From an uncultured Eubacteriales bacterium (GTDB taxonomy: Bacteria; Bacillota; Clostridia; Peptostreptococcales; Anaerovoracaceae), in the NCBI GenBank assembly GCA_902773665.1, contig CACYFF010000006.1, positions 34,801-98,800 of the forward strand: DNA of 64,000 nt, written 5' to 3'. The position numbers and the translations under genes are program-made. The notes under the pieces are model-generated. The model was not told the origin of the DNA. It saw only the letters and a program-made list of their open reading frames with translations, and ran no database searches. Positions 41,584-50,483 of the stretch are shown here, piece after piece (within the stretch, counting starts at the first letter, position 1; the number at the start of each line of letters is the position of its first letter).

Positions 41584-44370
41584 TTACTTACCGGACTTGG
41601 CGCCCTTTTTTCTGACGATCTTGATGGCCCGCTTGGCGGCGTAGGCGCCGATGCCCTTGAACTTGTCTTCCGCGGGGATCATCTTCGAATACGCGTCGCC
41701 CATGGAGCGGACCAGATGGATGGCGTCGAACTTGCACTGGACGGTGCACATGCCGCAGCCCAGGCACTTGTTCGTATCCACGACGCTGCGTCCGCAGCTT
41801 AAGCATCTGCTGGCCTCGGACTTGATCTGCTCTTCCGTAAAGTTGAGCCGCTCATCGCTCATGGTGCGGACCTTGGCCGGGTCAAAGCCCTTACGGGCAC
41901 GGGCCGGCTTCTTGTAGTCCTCCGGTGCGATGACGATGTTGTCCTTATCGAGCGCCGTAAAGTGGCGGGTGTTGCGGTGGATGGTGAGGGACTGTCCTTC
42001 GTTAACGAAACGGTGCAGGGAGACTGCGCCTTCGCGGCCCATGGCCAGGGCGTCTACGACGAACTTCTGACCCGAAACAGCGTCGCCGCCGGCGAAGATG
42101 TCGGGTTCTGCGGTCTGGTGGGTCACAGGATCCACGATGACGGTGCCGTTGCGGTTGAATTCCACCTTCGTGCCGGTGAGCAGTTCCTTCCAGTCGACCT
42201 TCTGGCCGATGCAGTACAGGACCGTCGTGCACTCTTCGGAGGTCGTTTCGCTGTCGTCGAACTTCGGATCGAAGCGGCCTTCCGCGTTCTTTACGCTGAC
42301 GCATTTGTGGAAGGAAATACCCTTGCACTTGCCGTCTTCCGTAAAGATCTCGGTCTGGCCCCAGCCGTCGTGGATGACGACGCCGTCGGCCTTGCAGAGT
42401 TCCTGGTCCTCTTCGCCCATGGGCATCTCGTCGTAGGATTCCAGGCAGTAGAGCTGCACACTGGAAGCACCCTGACGGATCGCGGTGCGGGCTACGTCCG
42501 CGCCGATGTTGCCGCCGCCGATGACGACGACGTTGCCGGATAGAGGCTTTGCCGTTCCGGCGTTGACGGTCTTGATGTAGTCGACACCTGCCATAACGCC
42601 TTCCGCGTCTTCACCGGGGATGTTCAGCTTGCCGCCGTACTGCAGACCGACCGCCACGTAGAAGCCCTTGAAGCCTTCTTCGCGCAGCTGCTGGATCGTA
42701 ACGTCCTTGCCGACTTCCACGCCGCAACGGAACTGAACGCCCATCTCCTTGAGGATGTCGATCTCCGCATTGACGATGGATTTTTCCAGACGGAAGTTGG
42801 GGATGCCGGTGACCATCATGCCGCCGGGCACCGCGTCCTTTTCGAAGACCACGGGGGAATATCCCTCGATGGCCAGGAAGTACGCGCAGGACAGGCCTGC
42901 CGGACCGGAGCCGATGATGGCGATCTTCTGATCGAACGGTTCTCTCGTGGTGGAGACCATGGGCGGTACGTAGCGATACTCCGCGTTCAGATCCTGCGCC
43001 GCGATAAACTGTTTAATGTCGTCGATGGCAAGCGCTTCGTCGATGGTGCCTCTGGTGCACTCGTCTTCGCAGTACTTGCGGCAGATGGCGCCGCAGACCG
43101 CGGGGAACGGATTGTCGCGCTTGATGAGTTCCAGCGCCTCTCTGTACTTGCCTTCGCTGGCCATCTTGATGTAGCCCTGGATGGCGATGTGCAGCGGGCA
43201 GGCGGTCTTACAGGGAGCCGTGCCGGTGGGCCAGGTCTGGATGACGCCGTTCTCGTTTTTATAATTCCAGTTCCATTTATCTTCGTCCCAGTGGTTGTCG
43301 TCGGGCAGTTCCGCCTTCGGATAGACGATGGGGCCTTCCTTGGTGCACAGCTTCTGACCCAGACGGACAGCGCCTGCCGGGCAGACCTCTACGCACTTGC
43401 CGCAGGCGACGCACTTCTCGGGATCGACCTCGGAAACGTAAGCCGAACGGGACATGTTCGGGGTGTTGAAGAGCTGGGACGTGCGCAGCGCGTTGCAGAC
43501 GCCGACCGCGCAGTTGCAGATGCCGAAGATCTTCTCTTCGCCGTCGATGTTGGTGATCTGGTGGACGTAGCCCTTCTCTTCCGCCTTCTTAAAGATCTCC
43601 ATCGCTTCGTCGTAGGTGATATCGTGGCCCATGCCGGTCTCGCGGCAGTAGTCGGCGAAATCGCCTACACCGATGCACCAGTACTGTTCGATGTCGCCGG
43701 AGCCCTCGCCGCGGATGCGCTGCTGCTTGCGGCAGCTGCAGATGCCGACGCCGATCTGCCCGTCGTATTTCTTCAGCCAGTGGGACAGATGTTCGATGTC
43801 CAGGGACTTGCAGTCCGCGGGGATCGCTTCTTCCACCGGGATAACGTGCATGCCGATGCCGGAGCCGCCCGGGGGCACGAGATGGGTGATCCCGGCCAGG
43901 GGCAGGTAAGTCATGCGTTCAAAGAAGTCCGCGACCTGAGGCGTTTCGGGGGAGATCTCGGGACGCATCACCATGATCTCGGCGCTGCCGGGCACGAACA
44001 TATCCAGCACCCAGCGGGTCTCGTGGTTCGGATTCTTGCCGTCCAGGTTCTCCTTGTGGAATTCCACAAGACTGGCCTGGCACAGCGCTTCCAAGGTTAT
44101 TTTCAGCCTTTCGTCATCGTAACCGGTAAGCTTCTGCATCTGGGCGAACGTCTTGGGTTTACGCTTGCCCATCAGCAGCGCGGTATCGAGGCAATCTTCC
44201 TCCACCGCCTTTCCATAACGGCGGGTGACGTACTGCAGACCGCAGTCGATACCCCAATATTCGGGCGAATCGGGCGTGATCTTCTCCAGACCGAGGAGCG
44301 CTTCCTTGCGGTCGGTGATGATCTTGCCGAGTTTCGCGATCTTCTGGTCGCGAGTCAGTGTTTTGCTCAT
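41584..44370 (-). CDS. Large iron-sulfur flavoprotein (N-terminal Cys-rich domain + 4Fe-4S + GltD-like NAD(P)H/FAD oxidoreductase + C-terminal 2x4Fe-4S)
   Basis: 928 aa from ATG 44370. CSCRKQQ...ICNCAVGVC, CVACGKCVEVCP, KTACPLH...CGAICRKYCEDEC, IAIIGSGPAGLSCAYFLA, VVVIGGGNIGADVA, CLSCG...CLGCGMCTVQC. Confidence 0.7.
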   Translation of the reverse strand: MSKTLTRDQKIAKLGKIITDRKEALLGLEKITPDSPEYWGIDCGLQYVTRRYGKAVEEDCLDTALLMGKRKPKTFAQMQKLTGYDDERLKITLEALCQASLVEFHKENLDGKNPNHETRWVLDMFVPGSAEIMVMRPEISPETPQVADFFERMTYLPLAGITHLVPPGGSGIGMHVIPVEEAIPADCKSLDIEHLSHWLKKYDGQIGVGICSCRKQQRIRGEGSGDIEQYWCIGVGDFADYCRETGMGHDITYDEAMEIFKKAEEKGYVHQITNIDGEEKIFGICNCAVGVCNALRTSQLFNTPNMSRSAYVSEVDPEKCVACGKCVEVCPAGAVRLGQKLCTKEGPIVYPKAELPDDNHWDEDKWNWNYKNENGVIQTWPTGTAPCKTACPLHIAIQGYIKMASEGKYREALELIKRDNPFPAVCGAICRKYCEDECTRGTIDEALAIDDIKQFIAAQDLNAEYRYVPPMVSTTREPFDQKIAIIGSGPAGLSCAYFLAIEGYSPVVFEKDAVPGGMMVTGIPNFRLEKSIVNAEIDILKEMGVQFRCGVEVGKDVTIQQLREEGFKGFYVAVGLQYGGKLNIPGEDAEGVMAGVDYIKTVNAGTAKPLSGNVVVIGGGNIGADVARTAIRQGASSVQLYCLESYDEMPMGEEDQELCKADGVVIHDGWGQTEIFTEDGKCKGISFHKCVSVKNAEGRFDPKFDDSETTSEECTTVLYCIGQKVDWKELLTGTKVEFNRNGTVIVDPVTHQTAEPDIFAGGDAVSGQKFVVDALAMGREGAVSLHRFVNEGQSLTIHRNTRHFTALDKDNIVIAPEDYKKPARARKGFDPAKVRTMSDERLNFTEEQIKSEASRCLSCGRSVVDTNKCLGCGMCTVQCKFDAIHLVRSMGDAYSKMIPAEDKFKGIGAYAAKRAIKIVRKKGAKSGK

Positions 44371-44411
44371 GAATGGGGATTCCTTTCTGTAATATTTTCT
44401 ATCCCTATATT

Positions 44412-44624
44412 TTACAAGACCCTTTGCTCGTTGACAACCAGGGAAAACTTCGCGTCCAGCACCCTGGCAGCCTTGGAACACATGGTCATGCGCTCCAGGA
44501 AGATGTCGAAATAGTCGTACATCGTGCATATCTTTTCGTCGATGTGAAGCTCCAGAATGATCTTCCGCTTCTTCAGGTCGTATTCCAGGATCTCAGGATG
44601 TTTCGTGATGTCTTTGTATTCCAT
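44412..44624 (-). CDS. Small hypothetical protein (70 aa)
   Basis: GAGAGG SD-like sequence, directly after the terminator of the upstream gene. I recognise no family. Confidence 0.35.
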   Translation of the reverse strand: MEYKDITKHPEILEYDLKKRKIILELHIDEKICTMYDYFDIFLERMTMCSKAARVLDAKFSLVVNEQRVL

Positions 44625-44663
44625 GATGGGCCTCTCTTTCTTCCTTTATCTTACCTGAAAATG

Positions 44664-44702
44664 CAAAAAAGAAAAGTGCCCCGACCGGACCCGGCCGGGG
44701 CA
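44664..44702 (-). terminator. Intrinsic terminator after the 1256-aa SLH gene
   Basis: The minus strand reads TGCCCCGGCCGGgtCCGGTCGGGGCA followed by a T-rich run. Confidence 0.75.
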
Positions 44703-44733
44703 TTCTTTGCAGTCAGGATCGCATGCCTGCGTG

Positions 44734-47700
44734 CTATTTCCCAAAGTACAGATACATAAACGTGATGATCTGTTCTCTTAAGCAGTCCGCATCCGGGCTG
44801 AAGAGCGTTTCGCTCATTCCGGTCGTAATACCCTCGGCGAACGCCCAGGCGACGGCCTTCTCGAAGTAATCCGAATCATTCACGTCGTCGAAGGGTTCGG
44901 TGCCGGTCTCCGGATGACCCGCAACACCGTAGAGGAAGGTCGCGGCTTGTGCGCGGGTCACGGTCCGGTCCGGACCGAACGCATCCGCGCTGACTCCTGC
45001 CGTGATCCCGTTCTCCACGGCCCATAGCACAGCCTGGTAATAGTAGGCGTCTTCGGAGACATCCACAAACGGGTTCTCCGTCGTCTTCGGCGCAGGAGCG
45101 CCGGAGGCAGCCCACAGGAAAACGATCATCTGCGCCCTTGTGGCGGGAGCCTTCGGGCTGAAGGTCGTAGGCGTCGTGCCGCCGGTGACCCCTTCCGTCA
45201 GCGCCCATTCCACAGCACTGTGGTAATAACTGTCTTCGGGCACATCCACGAACGGGAATGCGGCTCCGTTCTGAGGTTCTTCCGTTGGATCCGGCTGTGC
45301 AGGCCGATCCGGCCGGCTAGGCTGCGCAGGTTCGCTTTCCATTTCCTGTGCCGCAGCAGCCTGGTCTTCGGTCATGGCGCCGGAGGCTTCGATGTCATAA
45401 TTGATGCTCTCTTCCTTGGTCTCGCCGCAGTTGACGCAGGTATAGCGAATGAGACCGGCAGACTCCGCACTGGCTTCTCTTACGATGGTCCCGTCATCCC
45501 AGACATGTTCCTCGGTGATCTTATACCCGCATTCCGGGCACTCCATGCTGTGAGTCTTAGGTCCGTCGCTGCGGAAGTCCTCAAATTCGTGCACATGGGG
45601 AGGCGGCGCCGGTAAGCTGAGGACGTAGGATCCCGGGGGACCGTAGTCAGATATCACAAAGTTAAGTTCCATCTGCTTGTCATATCCGCTGCTTAACTTC
45701 ACGATTATCCTTGTGGTCATGATACCGGCTTCCTCCGGGCTGCCGAAGACCTTAAAGCCTTCACCCGCATCATTACCAAGCCAGCTAAATGTGAGGCCGA
45801 AGGGCATACGGTCATCCGGATGGACACTCATTCCTGTCACTTTACAGGGAGTATCGTGGAGCTGGCAGTCCAGGAAGCACATATGCTCCCAGATGCCGGC
45901 TTCGCCCACCTTGCCCTGAATCACACCGCTGTAGTCTATCCTGTCTTCGGGGAGAGGAAGGTTCAGGGGCAGAGAGTTCAGCGTGACAGTCTTTATAACG
46001 TCTCCCGGAGAGCCGAGGCCTGCCTGATGGTACAGAGTACCATCCATGGACCAGGCAAGGCCACCCCTGTCGTTAAGCTCGAAGTAGTAGTCGTCCTTCG
46101 CTGTGATCGTAAGCTTGTAGCTGCTGTTTGCATTTAGCTTACCTTCGGTCGTGCCGGTCCACTCCAGGCTGTTACGCAGTATGTAAGGATTGTCGCTGTA
46201 GAGCCAGCTGAGAGGAGGCTCCGGCATGCCTGCATAAAGCCCGGTGTGCATGAAGGGATCGTACTTCAGGCCACCGATCTCCGCGAATTTGATATTCGTA
46301 TTCGTATTCACAGCGTCTCCGCGGCTGAGACTCATTTTGTCGCTGAAGTAATCGCCGTGGCTGGTCTTTATCAGCCTCACATATTCGCCGTAGTCGGATG
46401 AACTTACATTTTTTATAGTGAGGGTGGAGCCGTCGCTGCTTACGCTGCCCCTGGCGGGAGTGAGCCCGTCGGTGCCGCCGCTCCAGCCCTCAGGGAGCTT
46501 GTACCAGCCATCGGAGATCACATGTTTGCAGACGCCGCCGTCGTAATTGCTTTTGGCGACAAGCATGGCGGAACCGCCTTCCGCCGTTCTTGCAGAGCTT
46601 GGAGTCTGGAAAGCCGGCTTAAAGCAGACTTCGACAGGCTCGGAATAGACGTCGCCGCCCACGCTCCTCATGATGCATTGATAACGGTCAGAACTATTCA
46701 CCACAGGACTGTAGGTGGAGGTGTTTCCGCTGAGGGTCCCAAGGCCTGCCCGGGATACGCTTCCGGTATCGCTTACCCGCAGCCATGTGGCAGCCTGGAT
46801 CCCGTCGGTCCCTGTCACTTCCAGCGTAACGGTCCCGCCCTTTTTAGATGCCAGCTGCAGTCCTCTGGTCTGAGACTCCACCCCGGGAGGATCGCTGTGG
46901 GTAACGATAAAGGTCTTCTTAGCATAGTAAGAGGCGTCGGTCTCCGCCAGATAGCTGTAGACCGGGGTCCAGTAGTCCTCTACCACACTGGCTTTAATGG
47001 CGTAGCGTCCGTCCTTCTTAAGAGCCTCTTTTGCCGGAGTCCATGACAGAAGATCAATGGGACCGCTATTAGCACCATAGTTGATGGATGTGATCAGCTT
47101 TGATACCGCCTGATTGCAGTCATAAAGTGAATACGTGTAGGTGACTGTCAATGGGCTCCCATTGAGTTCTGACGCCCGGCCGAAAGCAGGCTCGTACTCG
47201 TATACGAAGCTCAACCCTTCCTTATCCGGGTTGATCCAAGGTTCCACCTCATTTTCGTGACCCTGGATGATGATCTCTCCGGGTTCAAGGTCCGGCTTGA
47301 CTACCACGTAAGGTTCATAACCCAAATGGGTATTGAAGGTCACCGTGCGGTCCCACTCCTCGAAGAAGGCCTTGAGGGTGCCGTAGCTGCCCAGGGACCT
47401 GGAAAGTCTGCGGTCGGTGTCGTATTCCCGGTCGAAATAGTAAGTGATGTTGATCTTGTCATAATCCAGCGCGCCCTGGCTGAAGAGCCTGCCGTAGATG
47501 CCGTCGGTCACGTTGTAGTGGCTCAGAGCGGCGATATTGGATTCATGACCGCCGTCATAGGCGGACAGCAGTTCCTCTCTGGAGGGTACGGGGAGCATAA
47601 GGATCTTGTTGGTAAATACCTGGAACTTGCCCCCCTTTACATTGCTTACACAGGAGGAACCTGTCCGGATACAGTCCGCTCCGCCGCGGCCAGCAAAGTA

Positions 47701-48504
47701 TCCTTCGATGATCGTCAGTTCGCCCCCTGCGGCATCTATGCAGGCGGCCCGTTTTGAATAACCAAGTCCGGAGGTACGAAGGTCTGTGTATCCTCTGCCG
47801 GTGAAATTTCCGCCGTATATGGTAGTCTTTCCGCTGTCCATGATGATGGCGCAGCCGTTGACGCCCTTTCTGGCATTTCCCGTGAAGGGATGCATCGTCT
47901 CTTCGCCGTTCCAGAGGGCATTGGTGACCCACTCTTCCTTGGAGCGGCCCGCTTCGAAGCAGCCGCCGGATATCGTAAGGCTTCCTCCCTCCACATGGAA
48001 CAGATTCCTTACGCTCTCCAGGGTGCTGTCATCGGGCATGTACCAGCCACCTCCGATGTAGCCGTCGTAGGTCACATAACTGGTCCCATGAGAATCTTTG
48101 ACCGTAAGATCCGCCCCTCTTCCGATATAGAAGAGATCGGATTCCAGATCGGACATATTCTTGTACTCCAGTCTGAAGGTGCAGCCATTCAGGTCCAGGG
48201 TTTTTCTCCCTGTACCGACTCTGCACCAGACCGGCATTTTATAATCTAAAGTGTTGCCATCGGGACCCTCATAACAGTTGTAGCCCAGGCTGTCCTCGTA
48301 GACACGGCCGTGCTTTTCGTCTATGTTATCGAGCAGCAATATCGTGCAGTCTCCATTCATTTGCAGCGCTGCTTTGAGCTCCGCAGCAGTCCGGACATCG
48401 ATGATGTCTCCGGCGGCGCTGACCGGCGCAGCAAAAGCAGGCAGCTGGCAGATCGCCAGGATGAGAGCCAGCAGAACGCTCAGCTTTTTTACATGTCTTC
48501 TCAT
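44734..48504 (-). CDS. Giant SLH-anchored surface protein (about 1256 aa) with beta-helix-like N-region
   Basis: ATG 48504 follows GAAGGAGG. Signal peptide MRRHVKKLSVLLALILAICQLPAFAAPVSA. Recurring xTIxGGxFxGRG units, a Cys module HVHEF...CPECG...YTCVNCGETKEESI, a P/Q/E linker, and three C-terminal SLH domains. Confidence 0.8.
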   Translation of the reverse strand: MRRHVKKLSVLLALILAICQLPAFAAPVSAAGDIIDVRTAAELKAALQMNGDCTILLLDNIDEKHGRVYEDSLGYNCYEGPDGNTLDYKMPVWCRVGTGRKTLDLNGCTFRLEYKNMSDLESDLFYIGRGADLTVKDSHGTSYVTYDGYIGGGWYMPDDSTLESVRNLFHVEGGSLTISGGCFEAGRSKEEWVTNALWNGEETMHPFTGNARKGVNGCAIIMDSGKTTIYGGNFTGRGYTDLRTSGLGYSKRAACIDAAGGELTIIEGYFAGRGGADCIRTGSSCVSNVKGGKFQVFTNKILMLPVPSREELLSAYDGGHESNIAALSHYNVTDGIYGRLFSQGALDYDKINITYYFDREYDTDRRLSRSLGSYGTLKAFFEEWDRTVTFNTHLGYEPYVVVKPDLEPGEIIIQGHENEVEPWINPDKEGLSFVYEYEPAFGRASELNGSPLTVTYTYSLYDCNQAVSKLITSINYGANSGPIDLLSWTPAKEALKKDGRYAIKASVVEDYWTPVYSYLAETDASYYAKKTFIVTHSDPPGVESQTRGLQLASKKGGTVTLEVTGTDGIQAATWLRVSDTGSVSRAGLGTLSGNTSTYSPVVNSSDRYQCIMRSVGGDVYSEPVEVCFKPAFQTPSSARTAEGGSAMLVAKSNYDGGVCKHVISDGWYKLPEGWSGGTDGLTPARGSVSSDGSTLTIKNVSSSDYGEYVRLIKTSHGDYFSDKMSLSRGDAVNTNTNIKFAEIGGLKYDPFMHTGLYAGMPEPPLSWLYSDNPYILRNSLEWTGTTEGKLNANSSYKLTITAKDDYYFELNDRGGLAWSMDGTLYHQAGLGSPGDVIKTVTLNSLPLNLPLPEDRIDYSGVIQGKVGEAGIWEHMCFLDCQLHDTPCKVTGMSVHPDDRMPFGLTFSWLGNDAGEGFKVFGSPEEAGIMTTRIIVKLSSGYDKQMELNFVISDYGPPGSYVLSLPAPPPHVHEFEDFRSDGPKTHSMECPECGYKITEEHVWDDGTIVREASAESAGLIRYTCVNCGETKEESINYDIEASGAMTEDQAAAAQEMESEPAQPSRPDRPAQPDPTEEPQNGAAFPFVDVPEDSYYHSAVEWALTEGVTGGTTPTTFSPKAPATRAQMIVFLWAASGAPAPKTTENPFVDVSEDAYYYQAVLWAVENGITAGVSADAFGPDRTVTRAQAATFLYGVAGHPETGTEPFDDVNDSDYFEKAVAWAFAEGITTGMSETLFSPDADCLREQIITFMYLYFGK

Positions 48505-48510
48505 AAAAAA

Positions 48511-48568
48511 CCTCCTTCGAAAGAACGGATAGTCTTTCCCAATTTCATTATCCGCTCTTCGAAGGAGG
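48511..48568 (-). terminator. 17-bp hairpin + U6 that terminates the two-component operon and contains the SD of the downstream SLH gene
   Basis: The minus strand reads CCTCCTTCGAAGAGCGG-(23 nt)-CCGTTCTTTCGAAGGAGG-TTTTTT-ATG. Confidence 0.65.
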
Positions 48569-48592
48569 TCTGGTACACCCAAAGGTCTATAT

Positions 48593-49216
48593 TTAATCTT
48601 TTATGGCCACTCCCAGGTGCCTGGCTTTTACTGCCAGTTCCAGGCGGCTGTGGAAGCCGGTCTTCTGCAGCATGTTGGTGATGTGCATCTTTACGGTATT
48701 TTCGGTGATGCACAGCTTATCGGCGATCTCCCGGTTCGAAGCACCTCCAACAAGTTCCCGGAGGATCTCCACCTCCCTGTCCGTGAATTCGGTACTGAGG
48801 CAATTTCCCATAGCGACCGTCGGAGAAATGCTTGGATAAACGGATTCACCGTCCATCGTGCGGTCCATGATCTCCAGAAGAGGCTGCTCCTGGATCTCTT
48901 TATACCAGAAACTCTCGATCCCGATCTCCCTTGCCTGGTTTATGAAACTGAGTTCGGGCATGGAGGTGACGATGATGACCTTCGTCTGAGGCCGCTTCGC
49001 CTTGATGCGACGCGCCGCCTCCAGCCCGCTTATGCTTCCCGGGATGAGCACGTCCATTATGACCAGATCCACGGAATTCGAAAGGCAATGTTCCATGGCC
49101 TCCGCGGCACTGGCAAAGGCTCCGGCAAGTTCGTAGTTCCCGGAGTCTTTCACCGTGGAAGCAAAGACCTCCCGGACCATTTTATAGTCTTCCGCTATCA
49201 CAACGCTGTGTTTCAT
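48593..49216 (-). CDS. NarL/FixJ (LuxR-type) response regulator
   Basis: 207 aa. Receiver (DLVIMDVLIPG) plus LuxR HTH (REVEILRELVGGASNREIADKLCITENTVKMHITNMLQK). Confidence 0.9.
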   Translation of the reverse strand: MKHSVVIAEDYKMVREVFASTVKDSGNYELAGAFASAAEAMEHCLSNSVDLVIMDVLIPGSISGLEAARRIKAKRPQTKVIIVTSMPELSFINQAREIGIESFWYKEIQEQPLLEIMDRTMDGESVYPSISPTVAMGNCLSTEFTDREVEILRELVGGASNREIADKLCITENTVKMHITNMLQKTGFHSRLELAVKARHLGVAIKD

Positions 49217-49226
49217 TTTCTATCTC

Positions 49227-50483
49227 CTATACTTCATCCAAAGGCAGGAATATATGTATTTTAAACAGAGGCTGCGACTCTATATCCATGGTCCCGCCAA
49301 GGGCTTCCACACGGCTACGCAGATTGGAAAGACCGCCGCCCTCCCGGATCCTACTTTGCGGCTGCATGCCGTCGTTCGTCATCTCGATTACATAACCACC
49401 TGGGGTCTTCCTGCAATCTATCACTGCCTTGGTTCCGCCGGCATGTCTCAGCACGTTGGTCATCTGGACCGACACAGCAGTTTCAACGACGGGTATCAGC
49501 CGGCTCTCCCCAGGCAGATCTCCGTGGATCTCGAGCGCAAGTCCCAGTGCTTCCGCCTGTTTCCCGAGTATGTAATACGGTTTCTGCCAGCTTTCGGGCT
49601 CGCTCATCTCCAAGCGGCGAAGCTTGCTGAGCCAATCGGCTCGAACTTCATCCGCACGCATGCTGCCCGGGTCAAGCAGCCACCGTTTGGACATCAGGAG
49701 GCTCTGCCCAAGCTCGTCATGAAGTTCTGACTTCAGCTGCATAAGTTCACGGCTCATGGTCAGATATTCTATGCTTCCCAGCAGCGCCTTCAGGCGGATA
49801 TTGATCGCTTCTGCCTTTTTCTGTTTCTGCTGAAGCTCAAGATTCAACGCGTAGTCCCGGCTCACATCCATGCAGAGCAGTTCGTGAACCGGTCCAAGTC
49901 CTGTTTTCATCACCCGGTGACGAAAGCTGTAGACGGTTCCGTCCGTAAAACGCAGGATCGGGTTTTCTCCGCCCTGTACCGAATGCTCCAGAGTTCCTTC
50001 TACCAGGCTGTTCCAGAAACCTTCCGGATCCATGAGCGGCGTCCCAAGAGCATCATAGCATACAGCGTTCATGCGTGTGTTTACCAGCTTTATGATACCT
50101 CCGGGAAGATAATAACAAAGCCCTGTGGGGAGATGATCGAAGGCCTCCTTTATGGAAGTGTTTGATATGTTGATCCTGTTCCACTTGACGATCAGCCTTT
50201 GCTGAAGAAAGGCCAATGCAAGGAGAAGAAAAAGGGATGCTGCCACCAAAGGCGTTTTCAGATGAATGCCAAAGGGATAGAACGGTGCCCAGTAGGAATT
50301 CATCATCATAAGCTGCATAAGCAGGAAACTGCACAGAAGGATCAGCATCGTGGCAGCTGCGGGTTTTCTGCGGCCAAGCTGAAGATAACGGATCCCATTG
50401 TACATGTATGTCGATACGACAAGCAGAGCGAGAAGGCCCCAAAGCCCCTGGGCGGTATCGGAGATCGAAGAAAAATCCGTCAT
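49227..50483 (-). CDS. HisKA_3-type sensor histidine kinase
   Basis: H-box LKSELHDELGQSL. ATPase motifs NVLRHAGG, NDGMQ and GGGLSNLRSRVEALGG. The ATG at 50483 forms an ATGA overlap with the upstream gene. Confidence 0.85.
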   Translation of the reverse strand: MTDFSSISDTAQGLWGLLALLVVSTYMYNGIRYLQLGRRKPAAATMLILLCSFLLMQLMMMNSYWAPFYPFGIHLKTPLVAASLFLLLALAFLQQRLIVKWNRINISNTSIKEAFDHLPTGLCYYLPGGIIKLVNTRMNAVCYDALGTPLMDPEGFWNSLVEGTLEHSVQGGENPILRFTDGTVYSFRHRVMKTGLGPVHELLCMDVSRDYALNLELQQKQKKAEAINIRLKALLGSIEYLTMSRELMQLKSELHDELGQSLLMSKRWLLDPGSMRADEVRADWLSKLRRLEMSEPESWQKPYYILGKQAEALGLALEIHGDLPGESRLIPVVETAVSVQMTNVLRHAGGTKAVIDCRKTPGGYVIEMTNDGMQPQSRIREGGGLSNLRSRVEALGGTMDIESQPLFKIHIFLPLDEV

